From: a virus
Lineage: Duplodnaviria; Caudoviricetes
Virus record (IMG/VR): IMGVR_UViG_3300033067_002291
Location: 1-48,427 of that record
Length of the DNA: 48,427 nt
Direction: 5' to 3' (one strand)
Shown piece after piece: positions 33,912 to 44,187 of the stretch. The translations under genes and the position numbers were made by a program. The notes under the pieces are model-generated. The model was given only the letters and a program-made list of their open reading frames with translations. It ran no database searches and was not told the DNA's origin. The stretch's first letter is position 1. Each line of letters begins with the position of its first letter.

Positions 33912-34511
33912 TTAAGTAATTGCCTCCAAAGTCGTGGGAGTAACGTAGAAAATCTTAGTAACTCCAGTTGCCTGAGTAATTGTAGTTGCTCCCAATTTAA
34001 CGCTTAAGGTTTGGCCTGTTGAATTTTTAAAAACAATTTGGCCTAGATAGCAAGTTGGAAGGTTAAGGTCACGTCCAGCCGTTAATGTTCCAGTGAATTC
34101 CATGAAGTCATAAAGAAGAACGTCTGTAATAACTAACGTAGTGTTTGCATCAGCTAGAGCCATTGAACCCCGGCTTTTCTTAACGTTTCGAGCCAAGAGC
34201 GTTGTTCCAACTTCAATAACATTGACGCCAGTTAACAGTTGAACTGCCGTTCCGCCAGTGGTTTTAATCTTTAAGGTGAAAGCTCCCGTTGCTTCGTTGT
34301 TAACAATTAACTGACCCCCAAGAGTGTTAGGGATTTCCAGAACTGTGTTTCCCGCCATTGCTCCGGTAACTGTTAGAATAGGGCTTTCATATTGAGCGGC
34401 GACTAAAACAACTGTTCCAGTTGAGGCGGTAACGTCCACCGCAGTTACCTTAAAATGTAAAGGCTTAGTGTTTCCACTAAGGCCATCTGTTGAAGTGTGT
34501 TTAAGCGACAT
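33912..34511 (-). CDS. Putative tail fiber-associated protein
   Basis: Two internally similar beta units (LTVTGAMAGN...VNNEATGAFTLKIK and MEFTGTLTAG...FKNSTGQTLSVK). Confidence 0.6.
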   Translation of the reverse strand: MSLKHTSTDGLSGNTKPLHFKVTAVDVTASTGTVVLVAAQYESPILTVTGAMAGNTVLEIPNTLGGQLIVNNEATGAFTLKIKTTGGTAVQLLTGVNVIEVGTTLLARNVKKSRGSMALADANTTLVITDVLLYDFMEFTGTLTAGRDLNLPTCYLGQIVFKNSTGQTLSVKLGATTITQATGVTKIFYVTPTTLEAIT

Positions 34512-35211
34512 TGAGAGTTCCTCCGATCATAAAGTTTCCTGTAACGGTAAAATCTTCCGTTACATTAACGGAATAAGTTTCGGGAAGGTAAAAGTTTTCA
34601 AAAACCGTGGGTGGAGTTAGACCGCTAGTTAAGAGGAACTGTCCATCTAGCGTTACAACATAAACTCCATCAGCAGTAATTACGTAGTCCGCCGTTGTAG
34701 TAATGGCTGAGGGACTTCCTAGAATGGGAATAGTCACCCAAGTTGCTCCATTAACCAATTTCAGAACATAGCTAGAAGTGTCAATTACATAACCTGCTCC
34801 AGTGTTAGTAATAACTCCTAATCGAAGGGAAGAAGCTGGGGGAGTTTCAGTAGCAGAAGTAGTAATGACTCCTTCACTACCTAAGAAAGCGTAAAGGCTA
34901 TTTCCACTTGTAGGTAGAGTTACTGCAACTCCACTTACTAACTCAACAAGTCCCCCAATAACTGCCTCACCTGCGGCAATAACTACGTTAGCCCCAACAA
35001 CAGTTAAGCCCAGCCCAGAAATAACTCCATTACCACAGGTGTAAAAAGCGAGATGCTCAAGAACCGCCGCATTTCGGTTCATGGAAGTAACTACGTTAAC
35101 TGTGTCCCCAGAAGTCCAACTCCTAACAAAGTCAGAAGCAAAAGCCGCTGAACTTTCCGAATTGGAAATAGTTACAGGACTAGAAGGCTCAGAAACAGAA
35201 ATATCAGCCAT
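34501..35211 (-). CDS. Putative tail/baseplate protein
   Basis: NGVISGLGLT...VVIAAGEAVIGG resembles the N-terminal domains of tail fiber/upper baseplate proteins. Confidence 0.6.
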   Translation of the reverse strand: MADISVSEPSSPVTISNSESSAAFASDFVRSWTSGDTVNVVTSMNRNAAVLEHLAFYTCGNGVISGLGLTVVGANVVIAAGEAVIGGLVELVSGVAVTLPTSGNSLYAFLGSEGVITTSATETPPASSLRLGVITNTGAGYVIDTSSYVLKLVNGATWVTIPILGSPSAITTTADYVITADGVYVVTLDGQFLLTSGLTPPTVFENFYLPETYSVNVTEDFTVTGNFMIGGTLNVA

Positions 35212-35233
35212 GAGTTAAAGGGCTTAGTTGAAG

Positions 35234-36880
35234 TTAAGTGGTTTTCCAAGTTTCGCCAAAGTCGTAAGAAAAATAATTTACTAAATTAGCAGTCAGAAGA
35301 AACCGTCCATTAGTATATACGACGTCATAGAAGTTTTCTGCAACAAGTAAATTTACGGAAACGTCTATTCCGCCATCATAATTAGCGAAGAGGTTCCCGC
35401 TAGAGTCTTGCCAAACAGTTAGGACTAATCCTCTGTCATCGGCGGCGTTACGAAAAGAAGTCATTGCCATGTTAGTTGTTAAAGTTTGGGTTTGTCCACC
35501 AGAAATAAAGCGGGTGCGGGTTCCATCCAAATAGAGAACGTCAATAAAAGTTAAAGCAGGTAAACAGAGAACGTCAGCCCACAAAGCCCCAGAAGTAACT
35601 AATTCAGTTGTTCCAAAGTCTTTATACCAAGTAACGTCCCCACTCCCATCAACTACTACACAATGCCAATCCCCGCCAGGGTGACAATCAATGTCTAACA
35701 TTCCTGTTTCTGGTGGGTTACAATCAACTGGGTTGTGCCAACTAATTCCCCCAACAGTTGTAGTACAACAAAGAATGTCGTATTGTTGAGGAAAGTCTGG
35801 AAGACAGGGAATTGGCCCCTCATCCAATTCTAAGCAATTGTCAGTGTGAAGGGGGTATTTACAAGCAATTGTACTGTCCCGGTTATCAGTTCTAAAGGTT
35901 GTTGCACAAACAGTATCAATGCTTCCAGTAACAATCGTTGTTTCTGTGTCTATGTGGCTATTACAATCAACAGTGGCAGTTTTAGTGTAAGAACTAATTC
36001 CACTTGTTTTAGGCATCGAGCTAACGGAACATTCTTTCTTGTAGTAAAGTTGGTGATGGCTCCAGTATTGCATTTCCTTATAGGCCGGCCCAACTCCTGC
36101 ACAGAGGCAAGTGTGGAGAGTTCCTAAAGTTTTAACATCAATGTTAGAGAAAAGGGCTTCTGTGTGTTGGTCATAACTATCTGTGTCGAAGTAAGGTTGT
36201 AGATGACTTCCCTGACAGGTACAAGCAGAACTAACTGTAGGAACTGTTTCCATAACAATTAAATCCCCAGTCCACCCTGCTCCAGTGTTGTATTGGTAGC
36301 CCCCTTCTAGGGCCGCACTAACTTGGAAGTTAGTGTCAGTAAACGTTGGGAAAGTTTCTCCTAAACAAGTTCCGCTAGTTGGAAAAGTTCCATTAAGAAA
36401 CAAACAAGTTGGCTGAGTAATTCCAACTAAAGTTTCACTGATTAATTTACAACGGTTCCGGCGAAGGTCGAAATTAATTCCCCCCTCAACTTTTGCGGGA
36501 ATTGTTAGAAAGAGAACTCCATCAAGGTAGAACCTTGCTTCACTAAAAGTGAAAATCCATTCACAAGCCGCATTAACCAAAAGTAGGCCGTTGTCAACTT
36601 CTGCGGAGACAGTTCTAGTTCCGTCCCAACTAGCCAATGGAAAAGTTAGTGGAGAGAACCAAGGAGAAGTAACAACAATTGTTGTGCTTTCACTTGTTCC
36701 ATCATCAGCATTAATATTGAAAACTTTTACTCCATTATTAATTGGATCGCCCCAATTAAATTCAAAAGAATTAGTGGAGTTGCAAATAGTGTGGAGTGGG
36801 CTATGCGCCGCAACCAAATCCATTTTATAACGGTAATTAGTTGCGGCCTCGTTAACGTGAAATTGTCCCCTAAACGCCAT
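35234..36880 (-). CDS. Cys-rich tail protein with a C-terminal Asp-box
   Basis: 21 Cys in 548 aa when started at ATG 36880; ends in SYDFGETW. Confidence 0.7.
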   Translation of the reverse strand: MAFRGQFHVNEAATNYRYKMDLVAAHSPLHTICNSTNSFEFNWGDPINNGVKVFNINADDGTSESTTIVVTSPWFSPLTFPLASWDGTRTVSAEVDNGLLLVNAACEWIFTFSEARFYLDGVLFLTIPAKVEGGINFDLRRNRCKLISETLVGITQPTCLFLNGTFPTSGTCLGETFPTFTDTNFQVSAALEGGYQYNTGAGWTGDLIVMETVPTVSSACTCQGSHLQPYFDTDSYDQHTEALFSNIDVKTLGTLHTCLCAGVGPAYKEMQYWSHHQLYYKKECSVSSMPKTSGISSYTKTATVDCNSHIDTETTIVTGSIDTVCATTFRTDNRDSTIACKYPLHTDNCLELDEGPIPCLPDFPQQYDILCCTTTVGGISWHNPVDCNPPETGMLDIDCHPGGDWHCVVVDGSGDVTWYKDFGTTELVTSGALWADVLCLPALTFIDVLYLDGTRTRFISGGQTQTLTTNMAMTSFRNAADDRGLVLTVWQDSSGNLFANYDGGIDVSVNLLVAENFYDVVYTNGRFLLTANLVNYFSYDFGETWKTT

Positions 36881-37100
36881 TGCCACCACAACAACCTTTC
36901 TTTTTAGAAGAGGTTTTAGCTGGAGAAACGACCAAAGGCGAGTTAACATTAGCTAATTGAACTGCAACTAACGGCCCTTGGAGGCTCTCAAAGATTTCTA
37001 GAACTTTTGCCATTTGTTCGTCAGGCCCTTCAACTGTAATAGTTACATTAACTCCAATTGAAAGTAAAGTAGCAGTGCGAGTTTTCTTAAAAATTTGCAT
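36870..37100 (-). CDS. Small protein ending in KKKGCCGG
   Basis: ATG 37100 gives 76 aa and avoids overlap with the upstream gene. Confidence 0.55.
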   Translation of the reverse strand: MQIFKKTRTATLLSIGVNVTITVEGPDEQMAKVLEIFESLQGPLVAVQLANVNSPLVVSPAKTSSKKKGCCGGNGV

Positions 37101-37110
37101 GGATTCAAAA

Positions 37111-37329
37111 TTACGGAAGGGGGTCGTAGCCAGCCATGTAGAAGAAATCTCCATAGGTTGCGCTTAGTGGATTAGTGTCTTGCAAGGGAGTTAGTGGAAT
37201 TGCGGGAAGAGCTTTAACCCCTCCTTGACTATCTCTCAAACGGCCTTCCATAGCAGTCCCCCCAACAATTGACTTTTGAATAGAGTGACCCGCTAAGAAG
37301 TCTTTAACTGAACTTTCTTTTATTCTCAT
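37111..37329 (-). CDS. Small tail-module protein
   Basis: 72-aa ORF. Confidence 0.6.
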   Translation of the reverse strand: MRIKESSVKDFLAGHSIQKSIVGGTAMEGRLRDSQGGVKALPAIPLTPLQDTNPLSATYGDFFYMAGYDPLP

Positions 37330-37337
37330 GGCTAAGC

Positions 37338-40157
37338 CTAAGCGGGAATAATTCCTTTCCTATCAAGAATTCTTTCTGAAATTACTGCAATTGTACTCAT
37401 TGAACTTTTGTTCCAGGCTCCGTTAATTTCCCTAATGAGAAAAGTGTCACCGTCTGGGTCAAACCTAATTGGGTCATCGAACCGTAAAGTCCGTAATTTA
37501 GTTGGTTCTTCTGGGGAGTGTGGGAACAATGGCATTGGAATTTCTTCTGTAACTCTAGTATAGCCATTTCCTGCAAAGTCTCCAATTCGTCGAGCAATTA
37601 ACTTACAAGCGTTTCCAACTTGGTCACCCTTAGAAAAGCAGTTAAGAGTTGGGTTAAAGTAATAGAAAGGAACAATTCTTCCTAACCAACTAGGCCCTTT
37701 AAGGCTGTCGTCTAGCTCAACTAATTGCCCACCGATTTTGAAGTTTGCACTATCTGGGTTAATCCAAACTGCCTCCGCACTTCCCAAGGCTTTAGTTCCA
37801 TCAATGTTTCCGACTGCCGTAACAATTAGATAATTGAAGTCAGGAGTAATATTAGTTTTGAGAGAGCGTCTATGAATCCAAGGAATTCTAGGAACAACAG
37901 TAGAGGCGTTAGTTGTAGAGCCAGTCCAAATCTCTGCCAAATTATAATAGCGTGGAATCATCATAGGCAATAACTTTTGCCCCCCTACAATTTTAGGAGT
38001 TCCAATTATAAACAAAGGTAGAGCGTCTTTGGCAGTTCGAGCAATTGTTCTCCACTTCCCTAAACAATGATCCCAGAAGAAGTAACTCCTTAAATAAGTG
38101 TCAAACATTCCCAGCAGAAATTCTCCAATGTTCTTTCCTGGGTTAACAATAGCAGGAGTTGGGCTATCACTGTCAATGAAAATTGTAGAGCTATCCGCAA
38201 CTAAGTCAACGTATAGAGCTGAATTAAAGCCAGCCAACTCTAAGAACTCAGTTATAATTGCATTAAGTGTCCGCCCGTAAACTCCGCTGGTATCTCCATC
38301 AGTTCTGAAAAGGTAGCGTGCTTCTCCAGTTACCTGGGTCTTAACAAGGTGCCAAAAACTCCTAGCGGAAATGTTGTAGCGAGTTTTTCCCTCCTCTAAT
38401 TGCCTTTCGTCAATGTTTGTAGTAACTCCGTCAAACAGTGTGTGCCACTCGCCAAATCCAAGCTCCTCGGCTAAAGTTGTTCCACTAACAATTGCATCTC
38501 CGTCAGCTACGCTAACTTGAAATTTGAAACGCCAAAAAGGGCGAACTTTTAGAGTAGCGGCGTGAGCAGAAAGGTCAGTAACTTCATAGCTCATTTTAAC
38601 TGCATCAATGTCTTCAGAATAGGGAACAAAGTCGCTAACTTTTCCGCCCCAACCTTGAAGAATTATTTCCAAAGGAGTTTCAACAGTTACAAACTCCCCA
38701 CTAATTCCAGTTGAGTAGCCGTAGATAATTGGAGAGAAAGAACTCAAACCAAAAGTAAACGAATTTAACGTAAAAACAACTCGATAGGTGTTAAATTGTT
38801 CAGTGGTGTTCAGGCTAAAATGGGCGTGGCGGCCTTCATCAGTTGTGTAGAGTTGAGTAAGTTCTTCTCCGTAAGAAGTAAAGACCTGTGTAGTTATAGA
38901 AGTCCCGGCGGGAACATTTGCAAGAATGTTTACAACTAATGGGTTAGTGTCACTGGGATCATTTCCAATTGGAAAATTGACACTAACCAATTCATCAGAA
39001 ACAAATCCAGAGCAAGCATAGGGAAGATAACCGCACTTGAAAGCGCAATAAGTTAAGTAAGGAGCAATTCCTACTGCAATTGATTTTCGGACAGGAGTCC
39101 CCGGAATTGTCTTAACAGTCATTTCCCCAAAAACACTTGTAGTTCCAATAACTGCCATAGTAGTGTTGAGCATTTCACTTGTCCAACCGCCCATTCCGTA
39201 ACGCATTCCCTCACCTACTTCTCTATCCATCGGCCCCATAGTTGACCTAATGGACATAGAATTTCCTTGACGATAAATAACCCACATTGACGGAATTTGT
39301 GGGTCAATTCCTAGGCTTTTATCAGTCATTTGTCCAACTACAAACAACTTGCTTTCATTAACAGGAGCCTCAGTAGTTCCAGTGTTAACAATTACCTGAG
39401 CCAAAACCTTAGTTATATGGTTTCCATAAACACAGAGAATATAATAACCAGTTGAAATTAGAGTTCTTCCATTCTCAACTACTTCACAACGATCGGCAGT
39501 AAAATGAAAACTTGCAACCATCTCATCTGCGTGGTTATGGCGGTCTTTAGTTCCAAGCAAGGTAAAAGCTAGTGGGGTTAGCCCGTCATCATAAGCAGTT
39601 GTGACAAATCTAATAGGTAAGTGTGCCGCCGCCTCAGTTGCAGTGAACAAATTGTCTTTAGGACTATTGTTCCACTTTGGAGCAATGTGACTCTCAAACC
39701 TCAGCTTTTGAGTTCCGTCTGTAATGTCTCCGTTAGTGGGAAGAATTCCTGGCAGTTCATCGTTAAGGAAAACCGTAGTAATTAATTGGTTAGGGAGTTT
39801 ACGATAGAGCCATTGAACTGAATTAGTTTGTTCAATATAACTTTCTCCGGCATTTGGATATTCTCCTGGCTTATAGCCATACCACCAAGTTCCTACATGA
39901 AAATCATTAGTGTGCGCACCATCTCCAGGCAACTGAGTAAAGTCAATTAACCAATTAGTATCACTAACAATTAATCCACGCCAACGAGCATCCAACATTA
40001 TTTCAGTTGGGGTTTTGTGAATGTTAAAGAATTTCTGACAGCCATTAGTGATTTGCTCAGTTGTGCGAACTGCCGCCGCAACTGGCGCACTTAATCCTGG
40101 GAGGTCGTCACTAAGAACAACTCTAAACTTCCTATTTCCACCTGCAAACAAACCCAT
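37338..40157 (-). CDS. Large tail tip / baseplate hub protein
   Basis: 939 aa directly after the tape measure; C-terminal half has hub-like segments (LFDGVT, YNISARS, LRFDDPI). Confidence 0.6.
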   Translation of the reverse strand: MGLFAGGNRKFRVVLSDDLPGLSAPVAAAVRTTEQITNGCQKFFNIHKTPTEIMLDARWRGLIVSDTNWLIDFTQLPGDGAHTNDFHVGTWWYGYKPGEYPNAGESYIEQTNSVQWLYRKLPNQLITTVFLNDELPGILPTNGDITDGTQKLRFESHIAPKWNNSPKDNLFTATEAAAHLPIRFVTTAYDDGLTPLAFTLLGTKDRHNHADEMVASFHFTADRCEVVENGRTLISTGYYILCVYGNHITKVLAQVIVNTGTTEAPVNESKLFVVGQMTDKSLGIDPQIPSMWVIYRQGNSMSIRSTMGPMDREVGEGMRYGMGGWTSEMLNTTMAVIGTTSVFGEMTVKTIPGTPVRKSIAVGIAPYLTYCAFKCGYLPYACSGFVSDELVSVNFPIGNDPSDTNPLVVNILANVPAGTSITTQVFTSYGEELTQLYTTDEGRHAHFSLNTTEQFNTYRVVFTLNSFTFGLSSFSPIIYGYSTGISGEFVTVETPLEIILQGWGGKVSDFVPYSEDIDAVKMSYEVTDLSAHAATLKVRPFWRFKFQVSVADGDAIVSGTTLAEELGFGEWHTLFDGVTTNIDERQLEEGKTRYNISARSFWHLVKTQVTGEARYLFRTDGDTSGVYGRTLNAIITEFLELAGFNSALYVDLVADSSTIFIDSDSPTPAIVNPGKNIGEFLLGMFDTYLRSYFFWDHCLGKWRTIARTAKDALPLFIIGTPKIVGGQKLLPMMIPRYYNLAEIWTGSTTNASTVVPRIPWIHRRSLKTNITPDFNYLIVTAVGNIDGTKALGSAEAVWINPDSANFKIGGQLVELDDSLKGPSWLGRIVPFYYFNPTLNCFSKGDQVGNACKLIARRIGDFAGNGYTRVTEEIPMPLFPHSPEEPTKLRTLRFDDPIRFDPDGDTFLIREINGAWNKSSMSTIAVISERILDRKGIIPA

Positions 40158-40160
40158 TAA

Positions 40161-41444
40161 TTAAATTGCTCCAAGTTTTTTAAGTTGTGTTTTAAGGGCT
40201 TCATGGTCGCCGTTTCTAAAATCTCCAACTCCGCGCAAGGCTCTAGCCGCTCTTTCTCCGGGGCCGTAGCTACCAGCCGCTCGTAACTGTTTGTCAGCCG
40301 CTTCCATTTGTTTCTCAGCCGCCTTCTTTAACTTGTCTGCCGCAGAGTTCATTCCGGGAATAAAGCCACTTAACCAATTAGCAAAAGCTTGAGCCATGTC
40401 AGTTAAGAACCTGAGCCCACTAAACAACATTCGCAATTGCATAATTAGTGGAGCTAGGGCAGCAATTATTCCCTTAACTAACAACTCCCTCAGGGCGTTA
40501 AAGTCGGCAATTAAACCGGAAATTTCTTCTCCGAGTTTTCCAACAATCGCATCTCCAATTGGATTCTGTGCCTTTTGTGCGCCCTTCATTCTTTGGTAAG
40601 TATCTTCACTCATGGAGCCTTTATTAACTCCAGCATAGTCACCCATTCCCATAGAGTTAGCCGTTAGTTTAGCCGCTTTAGGGTCAGCATTTCTAATTGC
40701 TTCAATCATTGCCCAAAAAGCCGCAGGGTTTCCGAACTTAACGGAATCGTTAGCAACCTTTTGCTTGTCAAGCCCTAAGTTAGCCGCTAATGCTTCAACC
40801 CTTCCTTGTTCACTGGAGCTTTTTCCAGTAGTTAGGTTAAAGTCTTTTAGCTTAATGATTGCGTTATGAATTGCAACAATCATGTCGCTAATTGCTTGAA
40901 TGAACTTAACAACTGCATACCCGATTGCCGCAAAAGGAGCTAGAATTAGTCCAGCCGCCGCACCTAAAGCCGTTAACGTGGTAGAAGCCCTAACCAAAGA
41001 GCCAATAAAACCGTTGCTCTTTCCTAAAGCCCCAGCTAGGTTTCCACCTGCCCCTGAAACATTTCCCCTAGCAATGTTAGCTTTAGCATCTTGCCAAGCC
41101 TTAGCCATGTGGTTAATTAGAGGAGCCACAATTGGGGGCTTGTTCTTAGCTAGGTAATCGTCCAAAGTTGGTGGGCCAACAAATTGTTTAGCTCCGGGGG
41201 GAGCAGCTACCTTTCCTGAACCACTTCCCCGGCCATTTCCACCCCCGCCTGAGTTAGCGTAGCGAACTTTAGGAACGTCTTTAAGAAGTTCCCTGATCTT
41301 AGTAACATTCTTAGATAGGTTTTGGTTTAGTCGGTCAACTGCGTCAGAAAAGTCCGTCACTGATACTCTGAGGGCCCGAATTGCTCTCATTGTTTCCTTG
41401 ATTTCCTGTCCCGCTATCCGAATCTTTACTGTGTGATCTGCCAT
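40161..41444 (-). CDS. Tape measure protein (short)
   Basis: 427 aa, Ala/Gly-rich and helical with a hydrophobic stretch; follows the tail chaperone. Confidence 0.75.
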   Translation of the reverse strand: MADHTVKIRIAGQEIKETMRAIRALRVSVTDFSDAVDRLNQNLSKNVTKIRELLKDVPKVRYANSGGGGNGRGSGSGKVAAPPGAKQFVGPPTLDDYLAKNKPPIVAPLINHMAKAWQDAKANIARGNVSGAGGNLAGALGKSNGFIGSLVRASTTLTALGAAAGLILAPFAAIGYAVVKFIQAISDMIVAIHNAIIKLKDFNLTTGKSSSEQGRVEALAANLGLDKQKVANDSVKFGNPAAFWAMIEAIRNADPKAAKLTANSMGMGDYAGVNKGSMSEDTYQRMKGAQKAQNPIGDAIVGKLGEEISGLIADFNALRELLVKGIIAALAPLIMQLRMLFSGLRFLTDMAQAFANWLSGFIPGMNSAADKLKKAAEKQMEAADKQLRAAGSYGPGERAARALRGVGDFRNGDHEALKTQLKKLGAI

Positions 41445-41658
41445 ATTCTGTTAAAAACTCCAATTGTAGTTGACTTATGTTAGGGCAGAAAACATGAATT
41501 CCATTTCCCCCGCACAGTTCAACTAGCCTGGCTAAATTTTCATTAGTTGCCAAACGCAACTCAAGGTCTAATCTGTGTTCTCTTGCAGATTGCTTTCTGA
41601 CTCTGGCGAAGACATCTTTAATTCCAGGTTTACTACTGGAGCCATCTCTAGCAAAGGG
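41344..41658 (-). other. -1 frameshift extension of the tail assembly chaperone; slippery heptamer C CCT TTG at 41658-41652
   Basis: In-phase X XXY YYZ site; the -1 frame opens two codons upstream and stays open to 41344. Confidence 0.65.
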
Positions 41659-42068
41659 GTTGCCTTAGCCGTCACCTCCCGCATCAATTCAACAGCCGAC
41701 ATCATTGCCTCAGAGTTAACTACAAACAACCAAATTAGTTGGTCAACTGAATACAACTTAGTCGGCCACTGCATACAATAAAGAGTGCAACAAATAGAAA
41801 CAACATCTTCGGTTAACTCTTTGTAGGAGTTAATAACGTCTTCACCTTCGGCAGGCCTTCCGACAGGCCACTCATAGTTATTAGTTCCGTCAGGGTTAAT
41901 TAGCCGCAATAGTTCCCTTTCAGTTACTTCACCAATTGCGGCAACTTCAACTAACCCAATTTCATTAATTAGTTGAAGCTCTACACCAATTGCTTGAAGG
42001 CTTTTGAACCGCTTTAGTTGGGGCCGATAGGCAAATTGGTTTTGAAAATCCTTTAGGTTATTACTCAT
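41568..42068 (-). CDS. Tail assembly chaperone
   Basis: Located between tail tube and tape measure; contains the slippery site. Confidence 0.7.
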   Translation of the reverse strand: MSNNLKDFQNQFAYRPQLKRFKSLQAIGVELQLINEIGLVEVAAIGEVTERELLRLINPDGTNNYEWPVGRPAEGEDVINSYKELTEDVVSICCTLYCMQWPTKLYSVDQLIWLFVVNSEAMMSAVELMREVTAKATPLLEMAPVVNLELKMSSPESESNLQENTD

Positions 42069-42076
42069 TAATTTCC

Positions 42077-42601
42077 TTAAACTGCTGTAAAGCCTTGCTC
42101 AAGCATTTGAAGAACGCCAGTTGTATAAACTGCAATAACGTCAATCTTAATTGTTCCCATTCCTTTGCCCTTAGTGAAGTTTTCCTTGTAAGAGGTAATT
42201 CTTCCCCAGAAACCAATCGTATCATAGGTTGAACCTTCTCCCTCTCTCCACTGAACTAGAACAATATTGTTAAAGGCTTCCCCAGCAACTCCAGAACTTT
42301 GAAGGATATATTTCCTTATTCCATTAGTTCCACTGACACTTGTTCCCTTAGAACTTAGATAAATGTCAGCAGTTACTTGGTAAGCAACTTCATTAGGAAC
42401 TGGGTTAGCTAAGGGAGAGTTCATGGGGCTAAGGTTTTCAGTTGTTTCCTCATAGCTCCATTCAAAGTTCTCCAAACTTCCGTAAAGTTGGTCAGTCCTA
42501 ACCGCAGAACTGACAACACAATCAGTACCAACAGTATAGGAAGCAATAGTTGCAGAAGCAATAGTTTTTCCTGTTGCAAAACAATCGAGTATAGTAGCCA
42601 T
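42077..42601 (-). CDS. Probable tail tube protein
   Basis: 174 aa, beta-rich, at the standard position. Confidence 0.6.
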   Translation of the reverse strand: MATILDCFATGKTIASATIASYTVGTDCVVSSAVRTDQLYGSLENFEWSYEETTENLSPMNSPLANPVPNEVAYQVTADIYLSSKGTSVSGTNGIRKYILQSSGVAGEAFNNIVLVQWREGEGSTYDTIGFWGRITSYKENFTKGKGMGTIKIDVIAVYTTGVLQMLEQGFTAV

Positions 42602-42613
42602 TTATTTCTTTTC

Positions 42614-43072
42614 CTATCTGAAAGCATCACTAATTGATTTAGCAATTCTTTTTCCTGTCTGTTCGAGTTTCGCTTTTTCATAGCGAGCCTCAATTTTAGC
42701 AAGTTCCCTCAAACTTTTCGGAGAACTTAAAACGGGTCGGGGGACTGTAAGTCCGGGAATTCCATCAAACAATTTGTTAGCATAAGGGGCTAGGTTAATT
42801 AACGCCATTTCAGTTAGCCCACTTTCATTGTCAGTTGCTTTAACAACCATCCAACTTTTTCGAAAGGTTCCAGTTTGGTCGTTAATGAAACGGCTTTCTC
42901 CCATAAACATTTTGCCATTGCCAACAAACCTTCCACCGGCCCCACGCTTTAACTTAACTGCATAAGGAAAACCTCTCCGGCGAAGTTCCTTAGAAGTTAG
43001 GTCGCCTGAACTCATTTTATCAGCCCAAGCTAAAAGATCAAGTTCTAGTTGTTCCTCAGCAGTTCTACTCAT
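42614..43072 (-). CDS. HK97 gp10-like tail completion protein
   Basis: NDQTGTFRKSW and NLAPYA...DG...PRP. Confidence 0.65.
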   Translation of the reverse strand: MSRTAEEQLELDLLAWADKMSSGDLTSKELRRRGFPYAVKLKRGAGGRFVGNGKMFMGESRFINDQTGTFRKSWMVVKATDNESGLTEMALINLAPYANKLFDGIPGLTVPRPVLSSPKSLRELAKIEARYEKAKLEQTGKRIAKSISDAFR

Positions 43073-43769
43073 AGAAGCAACTCCATTTCAAAGTTAAACA
43101 ACCAGCCCAAAGGTCAGAACGGTTCCCAGTTAAAGCCTGGTTAAGGTCAAGATTCCTACTAACGTTAATTGGTCTAGTGGTGTGAAGTTGAACGTTATCA
43201 GTTCCTGCACAAACACTAGCTTGAGTTAAGCTAGTCCGTAAAAGGTCTAGCCAATAATCACAGTCAAGTTTTGGTTCACTCTGAGCTGGAACACTAAAAG
43301 TCCCAGTTTCAGTTCCTGGACTAGCAACTGTAATTGTAGACGGAACAGCTTGAAGGGCAGAAGGAGCAACAGCAGTTACCTTAGAAATGTGGTCGTCCCA
43401 TGTAATTGTTTGACCAACGTATAAATTCTCTGCACTAACTACATCGTAGGTAGAACCAGTCCGAGCAATTAGCGAACTTTTCCAATTAGTTGTAGAGCCA
43501 AGAACCAAATAAACTTTAGTTGTTAAAACTTGAACGTTATGGCTCATTAACTCTCCCCAAGGACTGTCACTATCATCTGAACCGTCTTCTTCAACAATAA
43601 TAACTAATGGGGAAATTAAATTAATTAAGCCAGTCCCTGGCTCTTCTAGCAATTGCATCCATGCAAAATTGTCAATTGTTTGAGTAGAAAAAGTTTCAGG
43701 CGAAATAACACTTAACGACGAAGCAATTGCTCCGCGCAAATAAGTAAATACATCATTACGTGTAGACAC
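43065..43769 (-). CDS. Putative tail terminator / neck protein
   Basis: 234 aa in the head-tail joining cluster. Confidence 0.5.
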   Translation of the reverse strand: MSTRNDVFTYLRGAIASSLSVISPETFSTQTIDNFAWMQLLEEPGTGLINLISPLVIIVEEDGSDDSDSPWGELMSHNVQVLTTKVYLVLGSTTNWKSSLIARTGSTYDVVSAENLYVGQTITWDDHISKVTAVAPSALQAVPSTITVASPGTETGTFSVPAQSEPKLDCDYWLDLLRTSLTQASVCAGTDNVQLHTTRPINVSRNLDLNQALTGNRSDLWAGCLTLKWSCFYE

Positions 43770-43781
43770 CTTTTTTAAACT

Positions 43782-44171
43782 CTAGGCTACTATTGTAATT
43801 GGTTCAACTCGCTTAGCCATTACACTCTGCCGTCCAAAAAACCAATCTGCTCTCTGTTCCCTACTTAAAACTTCAAACCAAAGTCCATCATCTTCACTTC
43901 CAGCACAGTTGTAGAGAATTACTGCGTTAACTGGACAATCAATGCTTGAATCCATATTAAATTGTTCAACTGAGAAAGGGGCCATTCCCGCCATCATTGC
44001 TCCATAACCAGTTGACTCCTCGAAGTTAGCTCTAGGAACCTTCGAGGCCGCCAAAGGGCCAACTTTGCTTGATTCCTTATAAACAACTTTCTTTTCCTGA
44101 AACCCTTGAACCAATTCAGGTGAATAAATTGTAATTGTGGCGTTGTCGAAAAAGGCCCCAAACTCGCTCAT
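43782..44171 (-). CDS. Putative head closure protein
   Basis: 129 aa, following the adaptor gene. Confidence 0.5.
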   Translation of the reverse strand: MSEFGAFFDNATITIYSPELVQGFQEKKVVYKESSKVGPLAASKVPRANFEESTGYGAMMAGMAPFSVEQFNMDSSIDCPVNAVILYNCAGSEDDGLWFEVLSREQRADWFFGRQSVMAKRVEPITIVA

Positions 44172-44187
44172 TGAACTAGCCTCCTTT

